DNA from: Octopus sinensis
Taxonomy: Eukaryota
DNA: 64,000 nucleotides
Assembly (NCBI RefSeq): GCF_006345805.1
Contig: NC_042999.1
Span: 45,260,001-45,324,000, forward strand
Reading direction: 5' to 3'
Part shown: positions 1 through 12,140 of the stretch, piece by piece
How the letters are laid out: every line of letters begins with the position of its first letter
Numbering within the stretch: position 1 is the stretch's first letter
Notes under the pieces: model-generated
The model's database searches: none
What the model was told of the DNA's origin: nothing
What the model saw: the letters and a program-made list of their open reading frames with translations, nothing else
Made by a program: the position numbers and the translations under genes

Positions 1-542
1 TGTGGTGTGGAATCATGTGCAATCGAATAATTGGTTCATTTTTCTTCAATGAGGCAACAATTAATGCAGATGTTTACCTCGACCAACCATCATTTTCTGG
101 CAAGATGGTGCACCACCACATTGGGGACGGCATGTTCGTCAGTGCCTCAATCAAACATTTCCGGACCGATGGATTGGAAGAGATGGGCCAATTTCATGGC
201 CACCTTGTTCACCAGATATCATTACCTTGGACTTCCTTTTATGGGGCTATGTAGAAGATATTGTGTATCAAACAAAGATACGGGACATTGCTGACTTGAA
301 GTAAAGGATCCGTAATGCCATTGCCACCGTTGATGAGGCTATCCTACAGCAAACATGGCAAGAAATCAAGTACCGTCTTGATGTGCTTTGTGCAACTAAT
401 GGCGCCGATACTGAGGTCTATTAAATACCAGTTAAAAAAACTTTAATAAACAATTATTACAATAAAACAAATCTAGTTAAGATATCTTGTCAACTGCCTT
501 TGTAATAAAATTTTAAAATTGTAAAGAGACTTTATGGACACC

Positions 543-545
<3 letters not shown>
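1..545 (+). mobile_element. Tc1/mariner DNA transposon, 3' remnant (degenerate transposase C-terminus plus right TIR)
   Basis: Broken frames give IIGSFFFNEATINADVYLD and PDIITLDFLLWGYVEDIVYQTKIRDIADLK*RIRNAIATVDEAILQQTWQEIKYRLDVLCATNGADTEVY*, typical of a Tc1/mariner catalytic C-terminus. It ends in GACTTTATGGACACCCTG (reverse complement CAGGGTGTCCATAAAGTC, mariner-like TIR) beside a (TA)n run. Confidence 0.85.
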
Positions 546-617
<72 letters not shown>

Positions 618-620
<3 letters not shown>

Positions 621-926
621 CTGAGCTTACGATTGTAAGGTTGTGAGTTCGAATCCCGGACCAGGCTGCATGCTGTGTTCTTGAACAAGACACTTTACTT
701 CATGTTGCTCCAGTTCACTTAGCTGTAGAAATGAGTTGCGATGTCACTGGTGCCAAGCCGTATTGGCTTTTGCCTTTCCCTTGGATAACACTGGTGGTGT
801 GGAGAGGGGAGACTGGTATGCATGGACGGCTGCTGGTCTTCCATAAACAATCTTGCCCGGACTTGCGGATGGGAGAGTAACTTTCTAGGTGCAATCCCAT
901 GGTCAGTCATGACCGAAGGGAGTCTC
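618..926 (+). mobile_element. tRNA-derived CORE-type SINE (working family C)
   Basis: B-box GTTCGAATCCC, CORE-like TTGAACAAGACACTTT, and a tail shared with copies at 19800-20135 (+) and 41122-41465 (-). Confidence 0.8.
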
Positions 927-1364
927 AGCATATATATATATATATGAAACTGCAGTTGTCATTCATAAGCAAGTGATTTAATAGTATATACCATGTTTTC
1001 AATAATTGATTTAGATACCTATGTAGTCATGATCAGACAGAAGCACTTTCTAAATCCTCTCATCCTTCATTTGGCAAGAATCTAGATTATTGTGACTACT
1101 GGAGGGAGAAAGGGTACACCAACACCAGATTGGTATTATTTTAGCTGAGAAGACTGGACAACATGGAATTGAATACCATGTTCAGATACACACACACACA
1201 CAGACACATGTACACACACACACACACACATGCACACATATACATATATATAAATATGCAAACACATGCTCACACAGACACACACATGAATACACATATG
1301 CACACACAAACACATATGCACACGCACATAGATACACACACACACACACACACCCACACATGGT

Positions 1365-1925
1365 AGTCATTCCATCTTCACAGATGATTGCCATTTCCTG
1401 TGCTTCCTCATTGTCAATGACATTTCTGACTTTCCGTCCATGACCTCTCAGATGACTATTTGATCCTACTGCAGATCTGAATGTTTTGAAGCATGCACTT
1501 CCAACTGGTTAGGTTAGTACATGTTGCCGCTCTTCCATTACCACAGGACTTTCAGTAGATGGAATGACAAATGAGGTTGTCATAAGGAGACATCTGTACA
1601 TCATTGGATTACTGTGATAAAAGCTTGTACAACATGAGTACCACTCTCTGAGTCTACATGCTTTGTACCTTCTGACAGATTGAAGCATGGTAACTTCTTG
1701 TGAAGTTGCTGGTTTTACATCTGTGACAACAGTTTGGGTTCTCTTAATCTGGGTGGTTTTACTGCATGCCTTGACACCAACCAATATTATTCTGATGTCC
1801 CTGTGTTTAGATGGATTGTCATACCTGGGACCCTCACAGATGCTACTACTCTGGGTCAGCATAGGCCTGGAAACAATAAAGGTTAAGAGGTGGTTCCACA
1901 CTCCTCAAAACTCTGAACAAAGCAT
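1365..1925 (-). mobile_element. RTE-type LINE 3' end remnant
   Basis: The minus strand ends in a C2H2-like CFKTFRSAVGSNSHLRGH, as in RTE ORF C-termini; the upstream part is heavily frameshifted. Confidence 0.55.
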
Positions 1926-1980
1926 GTAATTCCACTTACAGTCATACATGCACACACATACATACACACATGCACATACA

Positions 1981-2013
<33 letters not shown>

Positions 2014-2179
2014 GTGTATAAGTTAATGGATGCAAAAGTTATACGTGAGTTACTTCAAGTTTCATGTTTGGATAGAATCATAATTGGATGGCTTGTATAG
2101 CATACCATGCATGATCAGCAATTGTTCAAGTTCAGATTAAATGGATACCTCAAGAAAAAGTGTGAGAAAGAATGAGAAT

Positions 2180-2829
2180 CCCAATGAATTACTCAAACAA
2201 AAATAATACCTGCATTAAGATGTTCCTACAGAAAGTTGAAAACCAGATGAGACAGATGCATTTGAAGTCCCAATATTTTGGTACTGAGCTGACAACCACT
2301 TCCAGTGAATACATATTTAGCTCAATATGAAGCCAAATACCTTGATACAGTAACCAACATTAAATTCCATAAGTACTCTAACCCTTTTCAGGTTAAGCAT
2401 GAAACTGATATTAAAACCTTTAAAAACTCCAAATATGTTCAACCGTGTGTGTATAAATGTAAACAAACAAACAAACAAATATTTGTTCTTTTATTAGAAG
2501 TGCCGAAAATGTGTATTGTACATGGTTGGTTGTTGACAAATTCCTCTCCCATAACTGGGTTTTTTCTGAGATGATGGATTAAACGTATCCCACTACATTA
2601 AAAATACCAGATACCTTTAAGAATAATCTCACAACCGTCTTCAGCAGAATAGGTTTCGTAATTACAGTAGTTACAAATCTCTCTAAAGTTGACTATTTAG
2701 TTGCTTTCTTGGACCTGGATTTAAACATTTAAAAGTAGTACAATAGACCATATGATAAAGTCAGGTGTATCCATAATCTTGCTGTTGGGGTTGGGATATT
2801 CACTTGCAGATGTTGGTAATGTTCTTCCC

Positions 2830-2860
<31 letters not shown>

Positions 2861-3950
2861 GTTATGGGGTAATGAAGTGTTTTGCTGATGTTTTGTCTGG
2901 TGCTGTTGTGGCTGTTGCTGCTACTGCTGTTCTTGCTTTTGTAGCCACTGCTGAATTCACTGTTGCAGCTGTTACTGTTGCTGTTGCTATGGTTGCATGC
3001 TTTTGTTGTTATTCTTGTTTATTAGGTTGTAGTATTGGCAGCAGTCAGGGGTTTTCTTTGTTTATTCTCAGCTCTGGGCAAAAGACACTTAAGTGGCTGG
3101 TCACACCACATATATGACACCTTGGCCTTCTACTCTCTGCCATTGCTATCAAACCAGTGCTATTTGGCAGTTCAATTTGTGACACAGTATAGGTAAGAAA
3201 AGATGTTGGTGTTAATAGCTTCCTTTTAAGGGGATTACATTTTCCAGTACAATAGACCATACGATAAAGTCAGGTGTATCCATAATCTTGCTTATCCTCT
3301 ATCATCTTTAAAAACCTTATAGTTAACATCAGTAATATGAGCCTGAGGGACTGCAGTATACCACACACCATCAAGTGGAGCATCTTAGAGAGATCTAGAT
3401 AAGACATTAAAGGGTCAAAAATGTGTCAGCTCTGAATGGCTGAAAGAACAACAAATGCTCTTTACTCTTACTCTTTTACTTGTTTCAGTCATTTGACTGT
3501 GGCCATGCTGGAGCACCGCCTTTTGTCGAGCAAATCAACCCCAGGACTTATTCTTTGGAAGCCTAGTACTTATTCTATTGGTCTCTTTTGCCGAACTGCT
3601 AAGTTACAGGGACATAAACAAACCAGCATCGGTTGTCAAGTGATGTTGTCGGGACAAACACAGATACAGAAACACAGACACACACACATACATATATATA
3701 TATATACAACGGGCTTCTTTCAGTTTCTGTCTACCAAATCCACTCACAGGGCTTTGGTCGGCCCGAGGCTATAGTAGAAGGTGCCATGCAGTGTGACTGA
3801 ACCAGGAACCATGCGGTTCGTAAGCAAGCTACTTACCACACAGCCACTCCTACTCCTACTCCTACAAATCCTTATTTTATCAAAGAACTGTACCAATCTT
3901 CTAAAGATGAGAAATTTTTATAATATGTGTCCCATTCTTAGGGATATTTT
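2180..3950 (+). mobile_element. Penelope-like element remnant (N-terminus, RT, GIY-YIG C-terminus), interrupted by a templated cassette (2783-3245) and a SINE (3458-3853)
   Basis: Collinear peptides MNYSNKN, FLQKVENQMRQMHLKSQYF, VTNIKFHKYSNPFQVKHETDIKTFKNSK, FKNNLTTVFSRIGFVITVVTNLSKVDYLVAFLDLDLN, IKWSILERSR*DIKGSKMCQL*MAER and LLKMRNFYNMCP occur in the order and style of PLE ORFs. Confidence 0.75.
3458..3853 (-). mobile_element. tRNA-derived SINE, full length (working family A)
   Basis: Head GTGGCTGTGTGGTAAG...GGTTCAGTC, a central microsatellite, and tail GGCGGTGCTCCAGCATGGCCACAGTCAAATGACTGAAACAAGTAAAAGAG; many homologous copies in the window. Confidence 0.9.
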
Positions 3951-5410
3951 GTTTGTAGTTTGCTTCTTGTATTGGTTTTAGGATTTGTGTATTCATATTT
4001 TATTTGTTGGTGTCATGTAATCATTGTATGTAATATTTGTGTGTTCACGTATACGGTTCATTAATTCTTGCTTTGTTGTTTTTGTCTATTGCTGTGAAGT
4101 TTAATGTTTCTTTGTGGATGTTGCTTTTGTTATTGCTTAGTATATAAACTGAGTTGTGTTTGTGCTTTTTGTGGTGTTTGCAGTGTTGATAATGTTTGTG
4201 ATGGAGGCGGAGTTAGTGTCGTTATTATGCTCCCTTCAGATCTCTTTGCTTTTAGCGTGGATGGATTTGTTTTCCTTTCTTTTTTGCTCTTTTTTTCCCC
4301 CTCTTCTTATGGGTTTTCCGTTTTGTCCTTCCCATGGCAGAACATATCTAAGTGAACATATCTGAGAGGTGTATGTCTTGCGGTGTTGGGGTTGGGATAT
4401 TCAGTTGCAGATGTTGGTAATGTTGTTCCCTTTTTTTTTTTTTTTTTTTTTTTTGTTTTTGCTGTTGTTGTTATGGGGTAACAAAGTGTTTTGCTGATGT
4501 TTTGTCTGGTGCTGTTGTGGCTGTTGCTGCTACTGCTGTTCTTGCTTTTGTAGCCACTGCTGAATTCACTGTTGCAGCTGTTATTGTTGCTGTTGCTTTG
4601 GTTGCATGCTTTTGTTGTCATTCTTGTTTATTAGGCTGTAGTATTGGCAGCAGTCAGGGGTTTTCTTTGTTTATTCTCAGCTCTGGGCAAAAGACACTTA
4701 AGTGGCTGGTCACACCACATATATGACACCTTGGCCTTCTACTCTCTGCCATTGCTATCAAACTGGTGCTATTTGGCAGTTCAATTATGCTGAAGATGGC
4801 TTCTTTTGGTTCATTTGGATGAATAGCTCCATGCCTGTACCAAACCAGTTTCCTTGGCATATGGTGTACTTCCAAAATTGCCTCATCTTTATCACCAGAA
4901 ATTTATTTCTGGTAGCACATGTACCATCCACACCTTTGTAACTCATTTGCCTATATAAGTTGTAATGAGGATGAATTAATTTTTAATAGGTGCTATGGAA
5001 TGCTTCCTCGCTTTGAATTCAGACACAAACCTGACATCAATTGTGCCAAATTATTTATTTTGTTTCATGAAAGCTTTTTTGTTTTCTCGTGAGCTCCAGA
5101 CACCTTTCTACCTTCCCTTGGGTTGGTCTTTGAACCAACTGACTCTTAATGGTAGTTTACTTTGCATCAATTAGTTTGTACTATAACCTCATAGGGTGGT
5201 GCTAGGGAGCTACTCATCTTTCTATCTTATTGAGGTATGATTTTCCTTCTTCAATTATTTCTCTTTGCTGCTCAAGTCTTTCTGTGACTCAAATTGTATT
5301 AGCAAAAGATCTTGTTGGTTTAACTCTCTGACTGGCAGTTATGGTGGTGTTGTTTGCAAATTGGCTTAGTAATAGAAATGGTGTTGCTATGACTACTAAA
5401 CTTCACATTG
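3950..5410 (-). mobile_element. Gag-like ORF1 remnant of a non-LTR retrotransposon (probably L1/Tx1-type) with CCHC zinc knuckle
   Basis: Minus-strand RRPRCHICGVTSHLSVFCPE is C-x2-C-x4-H-x4-C, followed by an Ala/Thr/Lys-rich low-complexity tract with multiple stops. Confidence 0.65.
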
Positions 5411-5429
5411 ACCTAGCATTGTTATTGTT

Positions 5430-5593
5430 TCTTCTTCTTCTTCTTCTTCTTCTCCTCCTCCTCCTCCTCCTCCTCCTCCTCGTCCTTCTCCTCCTCGTCC
5501 TCTTCGTCCTCCTTCTCTTCATCCTCCTCTTCTTCGTCGTCCTCCTCCCCATTCCCCCTCCTCTTCCCTCTCCTCCTCCTCCTCCTCCTTCTT

Positions 5594-5625
<32 letters not shown>
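5430..5625. repeat. Compound (CTT)n/(CCT)n microsatellite
   Basis: Seen directly; source of the poly-L/P/S and poly-R/E ORFs. Confidence 0.95.
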
Positions 5626-5896
5626 GCCATTAGCCACAAAGAATAATCTCTAATTCGAGCCTACTCTAAGCTATTAAGAATGCGTATGGCAACTTGAAGA
5701 TGCACCCACCACATGCGATAGACTGGCAGTTGCACGGGCGTGAAAGCTACATTGTTATCCTCATTCAGTATACAGTGGCTTTTAATGGGTGGAGAACTGA
5801 ACCATCCTGGGGTACAGAGGATTCGCAATCTAGACTAGGGTCTGAAAGTTTACCACACCATAATGGGTTACACCATGGTTCCTTTGCTTTGTGGCA

Positions 5897-6092
5897 GAAG
5901 TAGGAAGAAAGAGTGAGAGAAAGTTGTGGTGAAAGAGTACAGTGTGGTTCACCCCCACCCCCTCCCCACTGGAGCTTCGTGGAGCTTAGCTATTTTTGCT
6001 CAATAAATACTCACAATGCCCGGTCTGGAAATCGAAACCACGTTCTTATGACTGTAAGTCCGCTGCCCTAACCAGTGGGCCATTGCACCTCC
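5897..6092 (-). mobile_element. tRNA-SINE family F, 5' half
   Basis: Reverse complement GGAGGTGCAATGGCCCACTGGTTAGGGCAGCGGAC... aligns with the + copy at 6162. Confidence 0.8.
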
Positions 6093-6161
6093 ACTGTATG
6101 TTGTTGTTGCTGCTGTTGGCATTGATTTTGGCTTTGTTATTGCCATTATTGTCATGTGTGT

Positions 6162-6480
6162 GGAGGCGCATTGGCCCAGTGGTTAGGGCAGCGGACTCGC
6201 AGTCGGAGGATCACAGTTTCAATTCCCAAACCGGACGTTGTGTGTGTTTATTGAGCGAAAACACCCAAAGCTTCATGAGGCTCTGGCAGGGGGTGGTGGC
6301 GATCCCTGTTGTACTCTTTCGCCCCAACTTTCTGTCACTCTTTCTTCCTGTTTCTTGAGTAACGCTGTGATGGACTGGCATCCTGTCCATCTGGGGGGGG
6401 GGGACACATACGCCACAGAAACCGGGAAACCGGGCCCATGAGCCTGGCTAGGCTTGAAAAGGACACATGAATAAATAAAT
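6162..6480 (+). mobile_element. tRNA-SINE family F, full length
   Basis: A-box TGGCCCAGTGG, degenerate B-box GTTTCAATTCCC, CORE-like TTGAGCGAAAACAC, tail GATGGACTGGCATCCTGTCCA...CAGAAACCGGG and AATAAAT end. Confidence 0.85.
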
Positions 6481-6974
6481 AATTATTGTCATGTGGTAGT
6501 GTTTGAGGATTGTCTTTTTCCTTTGTGTGGTATGTTGTTGTTGATGTTGTTGTTGCTGCGCCATTATGGTTGTGTGTTGGATTAACAATGGAAGTTGTGA
6601 GAGGGAGCTAGGGAAAATTCTCTTAGTATTAGGTGTCCCACCTGTCATCCATATCCTCCATTTGGCATCCTCTGTTGTTGCTTTAAAAGATAATTTAAAT
6701 TAAAGGAAAATTTAATGTATTCCATCCCAATGGACCAAAACAAAACAGAGCTAACCAGTTCTTTGGAATTTTGGCTAATTTAACAAGAAAAGAACATATA
6801 CTTTTATTTAAATATAGACTTTTAAGGCACAATTAAAACAAACAAGCAAAAAATCTTATGAGTAATTTGAAGGGTTATCTTACCAATATAAAAACAACAA
6901 TGATAACAACAACAACAACAACAATAATAATAATAATAAAATTAGGAAATGCAGTTAAAGTAGTAAAAATTATG

Positions 6975-7025
<51 letters not shown>

Positions 7026-8905
7026 GGATTATATGGAAAGACAGTTGCCAATGACTGTTCAATGTATTTAATTAAGTTTATATTACACAAGCAGTGTTGG
7101 TTGAAAGCTTAGTTTTATTATTAGTGTAATACATTATAGCACCCACACAAACACACACACACAAGCACAAACACACATACACACACACACACACACATAC
7201 ACACACACACACACCCACACCCACACACGCATGCACACACACACACAGAGTCTATCTACTGCATTATTTAAAGTTACTCTAAAATCTGTCAGAATTTCCC
7301 ATTTACAACTAAAGAATGTATGAATTCCACACCTTCTCATTTCCTTTGACCAACACTGATTTATAAAATTATTGTTCTGGTTTATCTGATTTCTAAAATC
7401 ATTGTTATTACCGTTTTGGAGAGAAGTTGTGAATAAGATAAGTAGTCTGTGAACAGAGACTCTCTGAAGGTTTTGGTTGCCATTGTATGAAAGGCTTTGA
7501 TGTCACACATTTCTCACTTCTCTCTTGTCTGGAACCTTGTGTGTGTGTATATAAGAAATCAATACTATGCTTCATTACTTTGGTAAAGACTTTGAATTGA
7601 ACTCTGGTGCTCTACTGTTTTTATATAGTCTATTGGTCAGTTTTATCTCACCTTTTGTTTAGTTTTGACATTGAATTGCAACACAGCGTTCCAGGTAGAA
7701 CTTTGTACTGTATGCAGGATAATAGATCGTATGGTGATTGTACAGAATTATACAGTAATCTATATAGTTAAGTTAGTGTAAACGTATTTGATGTAGTGGG
7801 TAAAAAAAAAAAATTTAATGAGATCTACTTATACACTGAGAAAATAACATTAGCTTAATGTAGCAGCTTCAAAACTTATTTTGGCATGGAACCCATTATA
7901 TGATTTTTCCAAAAATTGTCTAACTCATACCTATAATTTAAGGAAAAGTCATACCACACTAATTTTAATAAGACATTAAATGAAAAAAAAATTGTTTTGA
8001 AGAGAAAATTTTTCATAGAAAAGAAAAAAAAAACTATTATTTTGAAAATGGCAAATTGCATTTATTTTATAAAATAACATTTTATTAAATTTTATTACAC
8101 GACTCTTTATCTAGTGAAATCTCAGAATTTTTTCATGGAATCCTCATTGAGAAATCTTGGCTTAATACAATGTTCCTCAATACCTTTTCACTGTGTGATG
8201 CACTGGAGATTAGGCATAAAAAATTACAAGCACACATCTTATGCTAAGTAAACAATTAATGGTGAACTTCATCACATGGAAAGTTTAAAAAAAATTGTTT
8301 TAAAGTAAAAAATTTAAGAAAAAAATATAGAAAACTATTGCTTACCTCATTTTACTTATTCTTGTATAAGAAAATTAGATCACATTTCAAGATGCTGAAA
8401 TATAATTATAGGTATTCTAAAACCTTAAATTATTTTAAAGATTTTTTAGTACATATATAGGTGTATTTTGTGGTTCAACATTTGAGAACCACTGCTTTTC
8501 ATATTATGGTTCTTAGTCATTTTGTTGCATCTCGAAGATAATAAATACAGGCTCTGGTGCTATTTCACTTTTATTATTATTTTTTCCTCCCCTTCTTCCC
8601 TCTCTTCATACAAATGTTGGTATGGACATACAGACAGACAGAGATCAGCTTCTCTTTTATAATATAAGATTAGTTAGTTAACCATTATCCAATTAACTAA
8701 TTGATTATTTGATTGATCATTTGATGAATTAAAGCAATCAGCTGGGTTCGTCAAAGTCCTTTTGTTGCCACTGATGACCTTATCAATGACACACTCTCTC
8801 TACTCCAGGTCTGTTTTAGATCTCTGTGGCTGTCACCTTGCTTAAAGGTTCTATATTAATATTTATATAGATGTCAATGACAATGAAAGCATGTGAGAGA
8901 GAAAG

Positions 8906-8978
<73 letters not shown>

Positions 8979-9510
8979 ATGTATGATCATGTGCACCTTT
9001 ATGGCATGGTGTGGCTTTTTGGGAATGAGGGAGAACGTGTGCATGTGTGTGTGCACGTGTGTGTGAGCATACATGTCTATATACGTGTATTGTGGAATTA
9101 CCTTAAATACTTTTGTCAATTCACGAGAGACACATCTTAGATTAAATCAGCCCCAGTCATTTATTTCCTGATCTATACAGATTAGTTGATTTACTTACAT
9201 TGAAAGAGGTTGAAAGGTTATATAGAAGCATCCCTCATTGGCTAAAAGCGTCCACTCTTGTTCTTGTCATTTTTCTTCAGTTAAGCTCTGATTAAAAGTA
9301 TTCTAGCCATGGATATTTAAGAAAACATTATTTGATATTCACCTTCATATTCTTAAAAGGTGGCAGGACATGAAGGAAGAAGATTAGGCTGCTTTTTTGT
9401 CTAAGGTGAACAAACAAGTAGAGACTACATTGTTGGTGCAGACTTCTGGCTTAAACCACATAATCCATACCAGCTCAGAAAACAGATGTTAATGCTTTTT
9501 TTTTTTACCA

Positions 9511-9968
9511 TATTTCTTATTTCTTTATTGTCCACAAGGGGCTAAACATAAAGGGGACAAACAAGGACAGACAAACGGATTAAGTCGATTATATCGACCC
9601 CAGTGTGTAACTGGTACTTAATTTATCGACCCTGAAAGGATGAAAGGCAGAGTTGGTCTCGGCAGAGTTTGAACTCCGAACATAATGGCAGGCAAAATAC
9701 CGCTAAGCATCTCGCCCGGCATGCTAACGTTTCTTATTTCTTTATTGCCCACAAGGGGCTAAACATAGAGGGGACAAACTAGGACAAACAAAGGGATTAA
9801 GTCAATTACATCGACCCCAGTGCATAACTGGTACTTAATTTATCAACCCCGAAAGGACGAAAGGGAAAGTCAGCCTCGGCAGAGTTTGAACTCAGAAAAT
9901 AATGGCAGATGAAATATGGCTAAGCATTTCACCCAGTGTGCTAACGTTTCTGCCAGTTTGCTGCCTTA
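9511..9968 (-). mobile_element. SINE family B head-to-tail dimer
   Basis: Two units of ...CAAGGGGCTAAACATA...GTCGATT...GAAAGGATGAAAGGCA...TTTGAACTC, flanked by the 16-bp direct repeat TTTTTACCATATTTCT (9502-9517, 9969-9984). Confidence 0.9.
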
Positions 9969-10114
9969 TTTTTACCATATTTCTATCAACATATGTTGCT
10001 TTTGTTTCAATTAATTTTTTAAATAATGAAGAATGTAGTACAACTTATTCGTTATAAGGCTGGGGTCTGGAATAAATTAGCATAAAAGTTTAATGGAAGA
10101 TTTTAATTTAGACC

Positions 10115-10429
10115 TGTGAAGGTGCATGGCTTAATGGTTAGGAATTGACTATGAGATCATGAGTTCAATTCCCAGTGGTCTATTGTGATCTTGAGCAAGA
10201 CACTTTATTTCATGTTGCTTCATTCAGCTGGCAAAAATGAAGGGTACCTGTATTACAAAGGGCTAGCCTTATCAGATTCTGTGTCATGCTTAATCTCTCT
10301 GAGAACTACGTGACGGGGGCACATGCTAGTGGAGTGCTCAGCCACTTGCATGTTAATTTCATGAGCGGGCTGTTTTGTTGATTGGATCAACTGGAACCTC
10401 CGTTGTCATAACTGATAGAATGTCTATTA
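10115..10429 (+). mobile_element. tRNA-derived CORE SINE (working family D) inserted in a piggyBac-type MITE
   Basis: Head GTGAAGGTGCATGGCTTAATGG, CORE TTGAGCAAGACACTTT, 11-bp TSD TAATTTAGACC (10104-10114, 10430-10440). The host sequence ends ...AAAAGGG TTAA at 10510 and resembles the reverse complement of 35300-35521. Confidence 0.85.
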
Positions 10430-10716
10430 TAATTTAGACCACTTTAAAACAGTGAATTTATGTCACAGAGCCTGGGGTGGTCTCAGGTAAGTTGGTATGA
10501 AAAGGGTTAAATGATGAAGATGACAATGAATATGATGATGATGATGATGATGATATATATACAGGCTTCTTTCAGTTTCTGTCTACCAATTCCAGTCATG
10601 TGACTTTGTTTGACAATGAACTTTAGTAAAGGACATTTACCTGAGGTGCCATGACCTAGGACTGAACCCAAAATCACATTGTTAAGAAGCAAGCTTCTCA
10701 ACCACACAGCAACGTC

Positions 10717-10717
<1 letters not shown>

Positions 10718-10810
<93 letters not shown>
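10718..10810. repeat. (TAGA)n microsatellite
   Basis: Seen directly; other (TAGA)n/(TATC)n blocks at 24910-25000 and 52170-52440. Confidence 0.95.
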
Positions 10811-10811
<1 letters not shown>

Positions 10812-11393
10812 GAATGTACATACATACATACGTACTTACATACATATATGTATAGTAAAATACAACAATTTGTCTTCAGACAAGATTGTATTTTAATTTT
10901 TTTTGTGTGTATTTACTATTTATTTGTGAAAGAATTGTTCTATGGTTTGATGGTTTACAATGCACAGACAAATAGGTAGACAGACAAACTATCAAGGAAA
11001 CCATTACAAAACACAGACAATTGACTATAGAAATATAAATTTAGCTGTAAGAAATTTTATAGCATTGTGTTGTAACTGCCATACTAAAATATGGATTCTT
11101 AAGAAAATATAGGATTTTATCTTAGATTCTTCTAGAGTATTTACTATTTATTTGTGAGAGAATTGACAATTAACAGTGCCTCACTTACCCCTGGTAATGA
11201 TGAAAAGAAAGAGGTTTGGAAATGTAACTAGAATTGCTGCTGAATGTGAAGAGTTTGTGGAAAGAAGAATTGCCTCAGGGATATCCAGGCGTTGGGGTCA
11301 GTTATTGAAATGGACAGATATGTGTTTAAAATAGCCATCGCTGAAATGAAAACGATAGAAGCAGCTTTGCTTATTTTCATATCTCTCTATAAG

Positions 11394-11442
<49 letters not shown>

Positions 11443-11969
11443 ATGGTAAGCTGGTAGAATTGTTAGCTCACCAGACAAAATGCTAAGTGGTATTTCTTTT
11501 GGCTTTATGCTCTGAGTTCAAATGCTGCCAAGGTTGAATTTGCCTTCCATCCTTTCGGGGTTGATAAAATAAATACCTATTGAGTATCGGAGTCAACGTA
11601 ATTGAATAGCTCCTACCCTAAAATTTCAGACCCTGTGCCTGTAACAGAACCAAAAAAAGAAAAAGGCTGGTGACCAAAAAGAAACAAAATGCACAAATAA
11701 ACAAATAAATAAACTCCGGTATTTAACTATGCTGTCAGCTCACATTTTGCCATTGATATGCAACATGACTCAGTAAAATTGGTGGAAACATCTAACGTGG
11801 TAAGCTGACAGAATCATTAGCATGTCTGTGTTTGTCCCCATCACCACTTGACAACAGCTGTTGGTGTGTTTATGTCCCTTCTAACTTAGTGGTTCAGCAA
11901 AAAGTGATCAGCAGAACAAGTCCCAGGCTTTAGAAAGAAATAAGTACAGGGGTCGATTCATTCAATTAA

Positions 11970-12140
11970 CCCCTTACCCGGCAGAAACGAATATATGTGT
12001 TTTGACCGAAATCGTTTTTTTCTATCTCTGGCGAGTTAACTCGTCAAAAGATAGACTCGCCAAAACATAGTAAAATAAAACAATTAAAAAATATGTCTGA
12101 AAAAATACATTTATTTTCAAAATAATTGTTGGGTAAGGGG
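11970..12140. mobile_element. piggyBac-type MITE (171 bp) inserted into the 3' part of a family A SINE
   Basis: TTAA (11966-11969) + CCCCTTACCC ... GGGTAAGGGG + TTAA (12141-12144): perfect 10-bp TIR and TTAA TSD. Confidence 0.9.

Noticed and set aside
2232-2280. Candidate exon KVENQMRQMHLKSQYF
   Set aside because: Explained as the N-terminal part of the Penelope ORF at 2180-3950.
6162-6235. tRNA genes at SINE heads (also 618, 10115, 19800, 25797, 47030)
   Set aside because: A- and B-boxes are present but there is no complete cloverleaf, and each continues into a SINE body.
7663-7694. 32-nt candidate exon (FDIELQHSVP) with plausible AG/GT
   Set aside because: Too short to identify, with no supported partner exon.
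11177-11340. Candidate exons on both strands (minus 11340-11189 with strong splice sites; plus 11177-11296 reading VPHLPLVMMKRKRFGNVTRIAAECEEF...)
   Set aside because: The minus exon has stops in all frames, the plus peptide matches no family I recognise, and such sites arise by chance in AT-rich DNA.
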